From: Squalus acanthias
Taxonomy: Eukaryota
Direction of reading: 5' to 3'
Length of the DNA: 64,000 bases
NCBI GenBank assembly: GCA_030390025.1
Contig: CM059432.1
Location: 143,656,001 to 143,720,000 of the forward strand
The stretch's first letter is position 1. Each line of letters begins with the position of its first letter. Made by a program: the position numbers and the translations under genes. Under the pieces are notes generated by a model. It worked only from the letters and a program-made list of their open reading frames with translations. It ran no database searches and was not told where the DNA came from. Positions 12,328 through 24,619 of the stretch are shown one piece after another.

Positions 12328-13430
12328 TGGGGGCTCTACTTGCAGTCCCCCCTCGAGTATGACAGGGAGCTGGAGCAGAGGCAGCGAAGAAGAGGACAAG
12401 ATGCTCGCAGAGGGAGGAGGAGGAGGGGCAGGACGGCTCTCAGCAGGGGGCCTTACCCACCTAGGGTCTTCCGAGAGCACTTCTCCGACCTGCACTTAAG
12501 CGAAGAGCAGTGTATTAGGAGGCTCCGCTTCACCGAGGAGACGGTCACAGAACTCTGCCACCTCTTGGAACCAGACCTGCAGCTTCAGAGCAGGGCGACC
12601 ACGGCTCTCCCAGTGGTCCTCAAGATCACCATGGCCCTCAATTATTTTGCCACCGGATCCTTCCAGTCTGCAGCAGGCGACATAGCAAACATCTCCCAGT
12701 TCACCATCCATCGCTGCATCTCTACTCCAGGAGAAGGGACTTCATTGTCTTCTCTCTGAACAGAGAGAAGCAGGACGAGCGCGCATGTGGCTTTGCCAGG
12801 ATAGCGGGCTTCCCCATGGTGCAGGCCACCATCGACTGCACACATGTGGCTTTGCGGGCACTGTGTAACAATACTGAGATGTTCCGTAACCGCAAAGACT
12901 GCCACTCACTCAATGTGCAGTTGTTGTGCGACCACGCCCAGCGCATCATGATGGTCAATGCCCGCTATCCTGGCAGCAGTCATGCTGCCATCATCCTGTG
13001 CCAGTCCGCTGTGCCAGCAATCTTCCAGCCACCACTCCAAACCCGGGGGTGGCTGCTCGGAGACAAGGGCTATCCGCTCTGCACCTAGCTGATGACTCCC
13101 CTCCACAACCCCAACACTCCTGCCCAGCACTCATATAATGACAGCCATGCTGGCACCAGGAACATCATCGAGCAGACCATCAGGCTGCTGAAGCAACGGT
13201 TCCGCGGCCTTGACCGCTCGGGAGGAGCCCTCCAGTACTCGCTGGAGCAGGTGTCCCGTTTCGTGGTGGTCTGCTGCATGCTTCACAATTTGGCCATCAT
13301 GAGGGTGCAGCCCTTGCCAGCAGGGATTGTGGGACCACCTCAGGAGGAGGAGGAAGGGACGAGGCAGGCAGCACATCCCCATTCCGGACTGTCAGTGAGT
13401 GCCTCATCAGACTCCGGTTCCAGTGAATGA
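12328..13430 (+). pseudogene. Harbinger (HARBI1-like) DDE transposase, disrupted
   Basis: Motifs IDCTHV, RNRK..HSLNVQ, YPGSSH, LLGDKGYPL, RNIIEQT..LLKQRFR; frameshifts and in-frame TAG at 13086-13088. Confidence 0.92.
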
Positions 13431-13494
13431 AACCCCAGATCCCCATTGCTCACCACTTCCCCATCGTACCATCCCTCTGTCACAGAGCATCACA

Positions 13495-13808
13495 GAATCA
13501 CAGAATCCCCACAGTGCAGATAGAGGCCATTTCGGCCCATCGAGCCTGCACTGACACATATCCCACCCTATCCCCGTAACCCCACGTATTTAATCCCCCT
13601 AACACTAAGGGTCAATTTATCATAGCCAAATCAACCTAACCCACACATCTTTGGACTGTGGGAGGAAACCGGAGCACCCGGAGGAAACCCACGCAGACAC
13701 GGGGAGAATGTGCAAACTCCACACAGACAGTCACCCGAGGCCAGATTCGAACCCGGGTCCCTGGCGCTGTGAGGCAACAGTGCTAACCACTATGCCACCG
13801 TGTTGCCC
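13495..13808 (-). mobile_element. V-SINE (HE1-like) tRNA-derived SINE
   Basis: Minus strand has A/B boxes (GGTGGCATAGTGG, GGTTCGAATC) and V-domain GGGTTTCCTCCGGGTGCTCCGGTTTCCTCCCACAGTCCAAAG. Confidence 0.85.
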
Positions 13809-13927
13809 CTCCTGGGCACAAAGCTGAAATGAGAGCCACCACAAAACACACGCTCCAAACATAATTCATAAATTTATCAAATTCAAATCAAAATAACAAA
13901 GTCAACTAATCGCCCTTGTGCATTCCC

Positions 13928-15806
13928 TTAGTGTCTGTCTTTCATGTGCATTTTTCTACTCCAGTTCCCCAAGAAGTGCACCCCAGTGGCTGCAGCACGG
14001 CTGGTGGAAGGCTGCTGACTTTCAGTGTAGGAGATGGCAGATGGCCTTGCAGGACGGTCTCGAGCAGCTCTGGGCCTAGAAAGCCCGGCTGTAGACTGCA
14101 CCACCTCAGCATGTGCGGCAGCAGTCTGGGCTGGCTGGAGGACAGGCAGCAGCAAGGGCACTGGCGGAGTGGCAGTGGTGGGATTAGAATACTGTCATCC
14201 TAAGAGAGGACAGCAGGTTCTTGCTCCATGGAGCCAATGCCACTCCCCTGGGGCGACGCCTCACCATTCCTAGCATTCTGTTGGAGCACAGATCGCTGGG
14301 CTGCTGCGACACCCTGCAAGCCCCTTTCGACACTCGTAAACCCAGCCACGATGGCAGCAGTCCGAGCTTGCGTGGCAGCAAGCTGAGCCGGCAGGTGAGC
14401 AGTCTGAGCTTCCACTCCATCACTGAGACGTTGGGTCGCTTCTGCCTGTACTGCAATGGAAGCTGCGAGATCGCACATCACACCCAGCATCATCTTTGGG
14501 TCCACAAGGTCTCTCACGGAGTTGTTCATCATTTCTGTCCTGGAAATCATGGACTCCAAACTCTGTGCAAAGCCCCGTCCAATATTGGAGCCGGACTCCT
14601 CTGTGCTCCTTGACATTGACAAGAGGCTCTCTGGCAGGCTTGCCACTGCACCAAACATTTCCGTGTGCTTGCCCATCACTCTTCATCTGAAGGCCGCCCC
14701 ATCGAGGTCTTCATCTGAGTCGTGTGCAGCAGAACTCGTGCACGAACTCGCCCTCTGGGGAGCTGGGACTTGAGCTACCCTTTCCCCCGACCTAGCTGCA
14801 GCCCACTTGTGCCCGGTGACTCACCACGTGCAGATCCCGCCTCTATACTACACTCTAGTGTACACGCAGTGCCAGTTTATGAGCTGGTGCCTGCGAGTGT
14901 CAGATGCAGTGACGCTGTGTCTTCTTCTCCTCCATCAGTCTCTTCCTCAAGTTCAGAGATAGGCTGGCCAGGTTGCAATTCTTGAGTATCTGAAAGCAGA
15001 AAGGTACAAGGGTCGGGTTGTGGTGAGAGGAGTGGAGGGAAAGCAAGATATCGATGCAGACACCATCAGCAGCTTGTAAGTGAGAAGAGATTGTGGGACG
15101 AGGGGGAAGTGGGATATGAGAAGAAGGATTAGGTATGACCATACCACCATCATCAGCGATGGTTTCCATTTCTCCGCTCACCACGAACTCTCACAGCCCT
15201 TCCAATTATGTCGAACACTGCTTCCTCCAGGTCAGTTAGGTTGTCATCCCTTGCCTGGCCACCTCCCATCTGCTGTTGCTCTCTGCTCTTTCCCTGCAAG
15301 AGAAAGAAAAGCGTGACAATGAGTGTGGTGCAATGTGTTTGGGCGATGTGCCTGCCATAGTTGAATAGGTGTCAGTGTGTGCAAGGTCTGAGATGTGGGT
15401 GTGAGTGTTGCAGCAGTGGTAAGTGTATGAGGGTGAAGTGAAGCTATGATTGTGAGGTATGGGTGGGGATGGCTAGAAGATTGTTGGTAGGTGAGTGATG
15501 GGGGTGTGGTGGATTGAGCAGTGTGTGAGGCTTGTGGTGCAGATAGTGGGATATGGCATTTACTGAAGCCTTCACTCAGCTTGACCAGCCGTGTGAGGTC
15601 ATTAAACACTGGATCCAGGTCCTGGGGACAACACTCATCACAGTGACTGAGCTATCTCCTCCCAGATCCTTCTGCTGTTCAACCTTGAGGGCCTCCTGCC
15701 CCAATGCGGATATAGGACGTCCCGTCAATGTTAGACCCCCAGGACCAAGGCCTCCAGTGTCGCATCAGAGAAACGTTTTGACCTTTCTCTCGGGCGTTGC
15801 GCCATG
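13928..15806 (-). pseudogene. Harbinger partner gene, Myb/SANT-like DNA-binding protein, probably spliced and decayed
   Basis: Minus strand reads MAQRPRER..RFSDATLEAL then W.QC...FNDL; coiled-coil-like ORF 14200-14679; convergent with the transposase, as is typical for Harbingers. Confidence 0.7.
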
Positions 15807-16199
15807 CCTTGCTTTCACCTGACAATGAGCTGCTTCTGCAACAAAGCACCTCCCCTTTAAGTAGAGGAGAGAGCCTAACCCAAACTTTATTGGACTGCAA
15901 TCGATATTAGCCCCCCCCCCCGTTGAGTAGTAAGCCAATCAGCAGCGTGTTTAGTGCTGAGATCAGCACTGCAATCATGTAATTGAACAAGCTGCACAAA
16001 TTTTGCGTGCTGCCTGCACCACTGAGAACGGACACAGGCGAATAGCGCTGGGCGGTGCCCCCGACCGCTTTTGGGCCGTATCCAATTTCTGGGCCCTATT
16101 TTTGGTCTCCACCACAAGTGGAAACGTCTCTACATCTACCCGATGTAACCCCTTCATCATCGTAAAGACCTCCAGAGTATCGGGCGGAGGGTGGACCCA

Positions 16200-17230
16200 A
16201 GAGATCGGGGGCTGTCGAGGGACCGGGGGTGGGGGAGGGACGAGATCGGGGGCTGTCGAGAGACTGGGGGGTGGGGGAGGGAAGAGATCGGGGCTGTCGA
16301 GGGACCAGGGGTGGGGGAGGCAAGAGATCGGGGCCATCGAGGGACCGGGGGTGGGGAGGCAAGAGATCGGGGCCATCGAGGGACCGGGGGTGGGGAGGCA
16401 AGAGATCGGGGGCCATCGAGGGACCGGGGGTGGGGGAGGCAAGAGATCGGGGCCATCGAGGGACTGGGGGTGGGGGAGGCAAGAGATCGGGGGCTGTCGA
16501 GGGACCGGGGGTGGGGGAGGCAAGAGATCGGGGCTGTCGAGGGACTGGGGGTGGGGGAGGCAAGAGATCGGGAGCCATCGAGGGACCGGGGGTGGGGAGG
16601 CAAGAGATCGGGGCCATCGAGGGACCGGGGGTGGGGGAGGCAAGAGATCGGGGCCATCGAGGGACTGGGGGTGGGGGAGGCAAGAGATCGGGGGCTGTCA
16701 AGGGACCGGGGGTGGGGGAAGCAAGAGATCGGGGCCATCGAGGGACTGGGGGTGGGGGAGGCAAGAGATCGGGAGCCGTCGAGGGACCGGGGGTGGGGGA
16801 GGCAAGAGATCGGGGCCATCGAGGGACTGGGGGTGGGGGAGGCAAGAGATCGGGGGCTGTCGAGGGACCGGGGGTGGGGGAGGCAAGAGATCGGGGCCAT
16901 CGAGGGACTGGGGGTGGGGGAGGCAAGAGATCGGGAGCCGTCGAGGGACCGGGGGTGGGGAGGCAAGAGATCGGGGCTGTCAAGGGACTGGGGGTGGGGA
17001 GGGAAACGAGATCGGGGGCCGTCGAGGGACCGGGGGTGGGGAGGCAAGAGATCGGGGCTGTCGAGGGACTGGGGGTGGGGGAGGGAAGAGATCGGGGCTG
17101 TCGAGGCACCGGGGGTGGGGGAGGGAAGCAAGAGATCGGGGCTGTCGAGGGACCGGGGGTGGGGGGGGGAAGCAAGAGATCGGGGCTGTCGAGGGACCGG
17201 GGATGGGGAGGGAAGCAAGAGATCGGGGCC
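16200..17230. repeat. G-rich ~40-bp minisatellite (GAGATCGGGGCCATCGAGGGACCGGGGGTGGGGGAGGCAA)
   Basis: Directly visible. Confidence 0.95.
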
Positions 17231-17630
17231 GGCCACCGGAGGACTGGGCCAGCCCCAGGATCATCGTGGGGGCATTTCCGGGAAGGCGATCGGAGGCCTA
17301 GTGAGGGGGCCTCTGGTCACGGAGGGTGTGTTAGGTAGAGAGCCTGGATCCAGGAGTAAGTGTAAAGGCACTTAGCTCCTGGATGCAGCAGTCCCCGCCT
17401 TGCAGTAACTGCTGGGTTTTACGAAGTGTGTAAAACCTGTCCAGATGCAGTTAAAAACAAAATGGAGGTTAAAGAAAAGGTTCCAGCCTCATTATAATAT
17501 TGAAATCCACGGTATATGGAGACCAGATCTGTGCACGGTACTCCAAGTGTGGTCTAACCAAGGTTCTGTACAAATTTAACATAACTTTTTTTTTTGCATT
17601 TTCTTGATACGTTTCATTATATCTACACAG

Positions 17631-17999
17631 GAGAATTCGTTCCCAAGTTGGACTCCCCTGTCACTGGAGCAAACTACTTTGACAGAAATTACCAGATGCT
17701 CAACGTTCTAGTGAGAGGCTCGACCCCGATTGAGATCCACACAGCTCCCGTGCTTTTTATCTCCTTTAATTTACCTGCAATGACAGTAGATGAATTCTAC
17801 GGCCCCGACTTGGCACACCATCTCGCCCTGTTCCTGAATGTGCCTCCAAGTAAAATCCGCATCACCAAGATCGTACGGGAGGCGGGGCGTCGCAGAAAGC
17901 GCGCTACAGGGATTACGGTCGAAGTGGAAATTGGAGACCCTCCATCTGAACAGTTCTCAGCAGGCAGTAGCAACTCCACCAATTCTACCTCGACCGAAG
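17631..17999 (+). CDS. PKHD1L1: Fibrocystin-L exon with RRRKR convertase site
   Basis: CAG ending 17630, GTGAGC at 18000; NYFD..YQML, LALFL, KIRI.KI and EIGDPP motifs. Confidence 0.96.
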
Positions 18000-18538
18000 G
18001 TGAGCGGAGGCTTTGTTGCTTTACTTTGAACATTGCACAGGTCATCATTAGGATATAAGTTTGAATAGACCTGAAGAATGAAGACTAACCCTGGTACGGT
18101 AGCATAATTGGCTCTGGTCCTGGACTAGCAACCCAAACGTCCTGAGTTCAAATCCCACCAGGGCAAGTTGTGAAACTGAATTGAGTAAACCTGTTCATTT
18201 CTGGATTAGCACCAGGAAAATGACCATGAAAAGCTGTTGGATTGTCTCAATCACTGAAACAATCTGATTCTATCTACATAATCATGATGACCTGCGGGCG
18301 CCTCCATCGCCAGCTTGCCCGACTTTTTACATTTTTTTAATTTATTCGTTCCTGGGATGTGGGCGTCGCTGGCAAGGCCAGCATTTATTGCCCATCCCTA
18401 ATTGCCCTTGAGAAGGTGGTGGTGAGCCGCCTTCTTCAACCGCTGCAGTCCGTGTGGTGAAGCTACTCCCACAGTGCTGTTAGGGAGGGAGTTCCAGGAT
18501 TTTGACCCAGCGACGATGAAGGATCGGCGATATACTTC

Positions 18539-18870
18539 GGGCAACACGGTGGCATAGTGGTTAGCACTGGTGCCTCACAGCGCCAGGGACCCGGGTTCGA
18601 ATCTGGCCTCGGGTGACTGTCTGTGTGGAGTTTGCACATTCTCCCCGTGTCTGCGTGGGTTTCCTCCGGGTGCTCCGGTTTCCTCCCACAGTCCAAAAAT
18701 GTGCGGGTTAGGTTGATTTGGCTATGATAAATTGACCCTTAGTGTTAGGGGGGGATTAAATATGTGGGGTTACGGGGATAGGATGGGATATGTTAGGGGG
18801 AATTAAATACGTGGGGTTACGGGGATAGGGTGGGATATGTGTCGGTGCAGGCTCGATGGGGATTCTGTGT
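18539..18870 (+). mobile_element. V-SINE (HE1-like) inserted in an antisense LINE 3' end
   Basis: Near-identical to the 13.5 kb copy; host repeat resumes at ~18991. Confidence 0.85.
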
Positions 18871-20193
18871 GAGAAAGCAGGGACAGGGTACTGGATTTGG
18901 ATGATCAGCCATGATCGTATTGAATGGTGGAGCAGGCTCGACGGGCCGAATGGCCTACTCCTGCTCCTAGTTTCTATGTTTCTATGTTTCCAAGTCAGGA
19001 TGGTGTGTGACTTGGAGGGGAACTCGGAGATGCTCCATCGATCTCGGTGTTAAAAGCTCCAGTTGACCCCCAGCATCCACAGCTTTTTGGGGGAGAGAGT
19101 TCCAGATTTCCACTACCCCTTGTGTGAAGAAATGTTTCCTGATTTCACCTCTGAACGGCCTGGCTCTAATTTTAAGATTATGCCCCCCCTGTTCTGGATT
19201 CCCCCACCAGAGGAATTAATTTCTCTCTATCTACCCTATCAAAACCTTTTAACAGTTTAAACACCTCGATCAGATCACCCCTCAACCTTCTAAACTCAAG
19301 GGAATACAAGTCAATTTTATGCAACCTATCCTCATACACTTAACCCTCTAAGTCCCAGTATCATTCTGCTAGGTACACTAAGTGTTCAAACGTGCCAGAT
19401 AATTGTGTATTTTTCATGCTGATGCATCTGTTTTGTGTAAAAACCTTCCACTTTGACTTTTCTGAGGGTGACTGTGACTATAGCAGGTGTAGCACTAGGG
19501 GCGTTCCACTCCTCCAGCTCTCTGTGTGCATTTCATGGATCAGAAGGTTTCCCACGACAAGACCACGCAATTGAGATCTGAAGTGAAGTCATTCGCCTGG
19601 AATTCTGCAGGTGTTTTTCCGATATCCCGCCATAACTTCGGCAAAGACCTGGAAAATATGAACAGGAGGAGGCCATTCAGCCCCTCGAGCCAGTTCAGCC
19701 ATCCAATCTGATCACGTCTGATCTGTACCTCAACCCCATTTACCCGCCTTTGCTCCGTATCCCTCGATACTCTTACCCAACAAAAATCAATCCATCTCAG
19801 TCTTGAAAATTTCAATTGACCCCCAACATCCACAGCCTTTTGGTGGAGAGATTTTCAGACTTCCACTACCCGTTGTGTGAAAAAGCCATTTACGCTATTT
19901 CTACACCATTTAAGCTGAACTTCCAGCAAAGTTACGGCAGCTTTTTGGGAAAACTCTGCAGAAATTCCACCCCTCCCCTCCCCCCCGGTGTGAATAACTT
20001 GCCTCGTAGTAAAGGACGGGGTGACTGGCTGTAAATGCTGTTTTATTGTAGCTGTCTCTAGCCCGACCCGTCCACCTATGTCTATCTACGACGCTACAAA
20101 TGATGTACCCAATCAACCTCGCAAAATGTTCGGAGACTTATGGTAATGTTGGGCGGCTGAACTGACGATTTGTGTTAACTTCACATTGTGCAG

Positions 20194-20345
20194 GCAAACT
20201 GCAGTTCTCCGATCTGAAGGAAATTGCCAGCGGTCTCGGTGAGGCTATGCTGACAGGAAACCTGAGTGCTTCCCTGGGCTTTACAATCTCTGCAATGGAT
20301 ATCTCCAGTCCAGTCCCACCTCCAGGTGACCCAGAGTGGGCCCAG
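20194..20345 (+). CDS. PKHD1L1: Fibrocystin-L exon (GKLQFSDLKEIA...GDPEWAQ)
   Basis: CAG at 20191-20193, GTAACA at 20346; resembles recalled human GQMQLSELQEIAGSLGQA segment. Confidence 0.93.
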
Positions 20346-21305
20346 GTAACATCTTCTGTCTGCATTTCAACCTTATGTCTGTGTTCAGCACTGTACCCTC
20401 CCCCTAGTGCAAAAACAGGCACAGCAGTGAATACAGTTGGCTACATAAATGCAAGTTGTTGTTGATTTACATAGAATTACATAGAATAGCACAGAATATA
20501 CAACATAGAAACAGGCCATTCGGCCCAACTAGTCTGTGCCGGTGTTTATACTCCACACGAGACTCCTCCCATCCCATCTGCCTCATCTCGGCCTTTCAGC
20601 ATATCTTTCTATTCCCTTTTCTCTCATGTACTCGTCTAGTTTCCTTTTGAAAGCATCGAAGCCATTTCCATCAATATATTCCTTCCAGAACAAAAGCGAA
20701 ATACTGCGGATGCTGGAAATCTCAAATAAAAACAGAAATTGCCGGAAACACTCAGCAGGTCAGGCAGCATCTGAAGAGAAACAGGAGAGTTAACGTTTCA
20801 GGTCGCTGACCTTTCATTCCTTCCAGACGCTGAACAGAGGAACATTCACATTTAAATATTATCCCAATAGCCCCAAACTGTAATCAGCCATTCCTACCGG
20901 GCCAGGACAAGATAAGCAATTCCCAGTCATTGGAGTTTGTGCTTTTTTTTCCCATTAAAGGGAGAATCTCTGAATTTGGCTACAGAAGACACGAGAATAC
21001 GTACCCGGAAATTTCTCGGGAGGATCGGTTTCTAAAGATGAGGACGAGTGGGGAAAGATGGCACTGGCTTGAGAGAGTCCAGCCCTCCCGGCGGGAAACT
21101 GAGGGGATGGGATTAGCCACCCGTTTTACACCGCACTGATCCCAGGCGGGTTAGATTAGAATGACCCCCGTTCGTCTTCCAGTAACTGGGAATGAAGGAA
21201 CTATGCTCCAATTTGTGGGGGTATACTTCAAATATGACCACGCCCCTTATTGAAGGTGTGCTCATCTGTAGTTTCACGGGCATTCGCCCTAAGTTGTGAC
21301 ACTAA

Positions 21306-21673
21306 GAGGGAAAAATTCAGTTGGTTGTGCCTCCCGTTAGCGCCTTAAGAGGGCACTAATGGGGCGCAAAGCAACTAGCGCCCGGGCGTGGCGATGTTTG
21401 CGCCGCTCACGAAATTAACTAGACATTTTGCGGCGGCGCTAAACACTACCGCCACGATCTCCTGCGCCGGCAGATCGTGACGTCAGTTGAGTGCGCAATG
21501 CCCCAGTAGCGCCTCGGAGCGGATATTGAGTGGCGCCCCCTGCCTTACCGCCTGCCGCTAGCAACGACAGGTTGAGGGGAGCGTTTTGCAGTGAGGAAGG
21601 GACTGGGGGAGCGCTATTTAAAGGCGACCGCTTCCTGCCTTTTATTGTTGGTGACATTTTTGAACCACGCATT

Positions 21674-21708
<35 letters not shown>

Positions 21709-22210
21709 CTGGAGAGATTCAAAGCTGTGTGAAGGCGTTTTGGGTACTGAGCAGCACTTTGCAGGTTCATTTTGATTTGCCCTTCCTTGTATCGATTTAG
21801 AAGAGACTGCGGGGGCTGCACTATGAGCTCTTTCCCTGGTACTCTCCATTGTTCTTTCCAGCAGATTTGATGTGCAGGTCTCTCCAGGCCGAGATTCAAG
21901 GCTGCAATGAGCAGGATGTGGATGGAAAGCAAGATCAACCCTCTCCTTTAAGAACTGGCCCGGGCCATTGTGTGTGTGTTCCATTGCTGACTGACATCAC
22001 ATGAGCTTCGCCAGCGCTCTGAGGTAGCGCCTCGCTCCTCGGCCTTTGCACCTTAAGACAGGTGTGAAGCGCCTGATTTAGCGCGCCAATCACCTCCAGG
22101 GGCGATAAAAGTCAAGTTTGCAGTCGGTGGCGATAATTATCGCCAGGCGCTAATCTTTGCGCCCGGCCGATAATTGCGCCCCAAATGGGGCGATACTGAA
22201 TTTCTCCCCC
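21306..22210. mobile_element. Non-autonomous Harbinger derivative
   Basis: TIRs GAGGGAAAAATTCAG / CTGAATTTCTCCCCC, flanks TAA/AAA; contains the GCGCTATTTAAAGG motif also found in the 11.8 kb element. Confidence 0.8.
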
Positions 22211-22894
22211 AAAATGTTTGATGTTCCTTCTTTTGCAAATTTTAGTGAAAAAGTAGTAGTGGTCCCTACCCTAAATTCATGTCTATCTTCTCACCAAAAT
22301 TAGCAAATAGGAGGAAATACACCCTTTAATGTTGGGTGAGCATGAAGATTGAGATTAACCAGGCCTGTGTGGGTATGGATAGAGCCTTGGCTCTCTCCTG
22401 TCACTGGTAATTTTATATATGTGTATTTGAAGAGAAGCAAGACAAAGTCAGATTACTCTTTATTTAATAGAAAGTGTAATCTCCAGGAGATTTGATAGGA
22501 TGGGGCCATCTCTTGCTTGTTGGAGATGTGGATAGGAGAGAATATTCAAGGGTCAGTTGCCAATTTGGAAACAACATGGACCCATCTGCTCCAAAGTGGT
22601 CAACGTGCGCAGTTGGTTGCCCGGCAACTGCACGGCCTGTGGAAAGTTTCATTTCTCCAGAGAGGAGGTTTCCTACCAACTGTTTCTTTCACATCAGAAA
22701 CTTCTGTGCCAGGTTAGAAAATCACGAACTGAAACCAGTTATGGAGATGTTTTTGGTGGACGTGAATCTCGGGTGTCTCAGTCAGTTGAAAAGCTGTGGC
22801 CTGTTTTTCAAACCTCTATCTGAATTTCTCAGACTGAAAACAAGACTTCTCCAAACATTGCTTTTCTTGGTGAACTCGATTGGCAGCTGCTTTT

Positions 22895-23092
22895 CTGCCC
22901 CTGCCTCAGCTCATCCGCTGCTGAAACCCTCATCCATGCCTTTGTTACCTTTAGACTTGACTATCCCAATGCTCTCCTGGTCGGCCTCCATCCAAAGCTC
23001 TGCTGCCCCGTGTCCTAACTCGCACCAAGTCCCGTTCACCCATCACCCCCAGTGCTCGCTGACCTGCATTGGCTCCCGGTCCGGAAACACCT
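22895..23092 (+). mobile_element. L2-type LINE fragment followed by a truncated Harbinger MITE end (to ~23340)
   Basis: Shares sequence with the 10.7 kb L2; GGGGGAAATT TIR follows. Confidence 0.7.
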
Positions 23093-23388
23093 TGGGGGGG
23101 GGGGGAAATTGGGATGCTTTGCGCCTCCCGCTAACGGGGCGCAAAGCACCTAGCGCCCGGGCGCGTGTCGCTAACGTCTCTCGCTAAATTCAGCGGTAGG
23201 TTAGCGGAGGCGGTAGCCGGTAGGACCCGGTGGCGCTGCGTCTCCGGCAATGACGTCATCGCCGTGCACAGCGCCCCGGCCGCAAACGTGGCTCGCGCCC
23301 CCTGACCTACCGCCGGACGCCATGTCCGACAGGGTCAGGGTTGTAAAGTGCCTCATCGAAGTGCAAGCTGTTGTTGTTGTTGTTGTAG

Positions 23389-23535
23389 ATGGCCTCGAAA
23401 CCGGTGCTGAGCAAAGCAGCGAGTAACAACCGCGTGGCCACTGTGGCAGGTCTGGTTGTGGTCAAGGAACCCATCGCTGGATATCCCGGGCAACCGTTGA
23501 GGCAACAGCCCAGCATCATGGCGGTGGATAATGAT
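23389..23535 (+). CDS. PKHD1L1: Fibrocystin-L exon (MASKPV...PGQPLRQQPSIMAVDND)
   Basis: TAG ending 23388, GTAAGC at 23536; phase 0/0; PGQP..QQPS motif; absent from the ORF track. Confidence 0.9.
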
Positions 23536-24619
23536 GTAAGCTAGGTTTCAATCGCACGGTTTAAGTTGCATTGTCTGAAAACAACCACCATTTTAAAAAA
23601 ATGTATATATTTGTTCTTGGGATGTAGTCAACACTGGCAAGCCAGCATTTATTGCCTGAAATAAATCTGATAATATCTGTGACCCACGGTCCACGGCAAG
23701 AAAACAACCTCCAAATAATTAGCTCATAGAACCATGGAATAGTACAGCACAATGGAGGCCATTCGGCCCATCAAGTCTGCGCCAGCTCTTTCGAAGAGCG
23801 ATCCGGTTAGTCCCACTCCCCCGCTCTTTCCCCATATCCCTGCAATTTTTTCTCCTTCAAGTATAAATACTTATACAACCTTAAAGAGCGAAGGTTGGGT
23901 CTCTCGTACTTCCGCTTTTCTAACACTGTTTAGAAATCAGTCAGATTTATTGTAAAAATGCCATAGAAATTAAAAAAACCACCCCAGTACCTAAATGTAG
24001 CCAACACCAACCCTGCTGCTGCTTTTCAATGACACAGGTGTCCGGTGCTCTGGCGCGTTGACTTCTCAACCTTGCCTCCGCCCACCCTTGCTTTAAATAT
24101 ATTGATGTCAGCTGTGAGTTTGATGGCCAAACATGGGAAAGGTTTTAATCAGAATATTTGTGACACATTCAGTGTGGTTTTACGAATTCGCTAATGGATG
24201 GGAAGTCGCAGCAAGACTGAATTCCCGACGGCTGGCTGGAGGGCGGAATTGCCAAAGTACCCATTTTATGTCCGAGAATCAAACCGCCGGTAATAGGCTT
24301 TTAGTTAAAAACCGCACGAGATGTTGTGCCATGGTGGAGAAGCATCAGAGATGGGGGTGAGGGGGGGAAGGCAGGGGAAAAGGGGGTAGGGCGGAAGAAG
24401 AGAAAATCAGCAGGCACATCACCACTTTCACACCCCTCCCAGAACCTGCCTCAGGTGTGGTGTTGGGAGGTTCGAGAGCAGGTTGTCCCTCAGCCACAGT
24501 CGGGACGGTACCGAAAGATTGAAAAAGGAAAAATAAGTTTTAAAAAGTACTCTTCACGACAGTATTGATATTCCATCCCAGGATGGCTTGCTGAAAGCAC
24601 TTATAAGGATGAATATGCA

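Larger units (their letters stand above)
11838..16096. mobile_element. Decayed autonomous-type PIF/Harbinger DNA transposon (~4.3 kb)
   Basis: Interrupts an antisense CR1 fragment that stops at 11837 and resumes at ~16097; imperfect TIRs GGCTGCGAAATT / AATTTCTGGGCC; carries convergent nuclease and Myb/SANT-like genes. Confidence 0.85.

Noticed and set aside
12328..13430. Domesticated host HARBI1 gene
   Set aside because: Has stops and frameshifts, lies within TIR-like ends and has a convergent partner gene, so it is a transposon copy
15975..17375. Pro-rich and Gly/Arg-rich ORFs of 220-430 aa
   Set aside because: Artefacts of the G-rich minisatellite, open on both strands
18539..18612. tRNA gene
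   Set aside because: A/B boxes are the head of a V-SINE and continue into the SINE body; same for other SINE heads
22492..23187. 231-aa ORF
   Set aside because: No recognisable domain; runs across unique intron, L2 and MITE sequence
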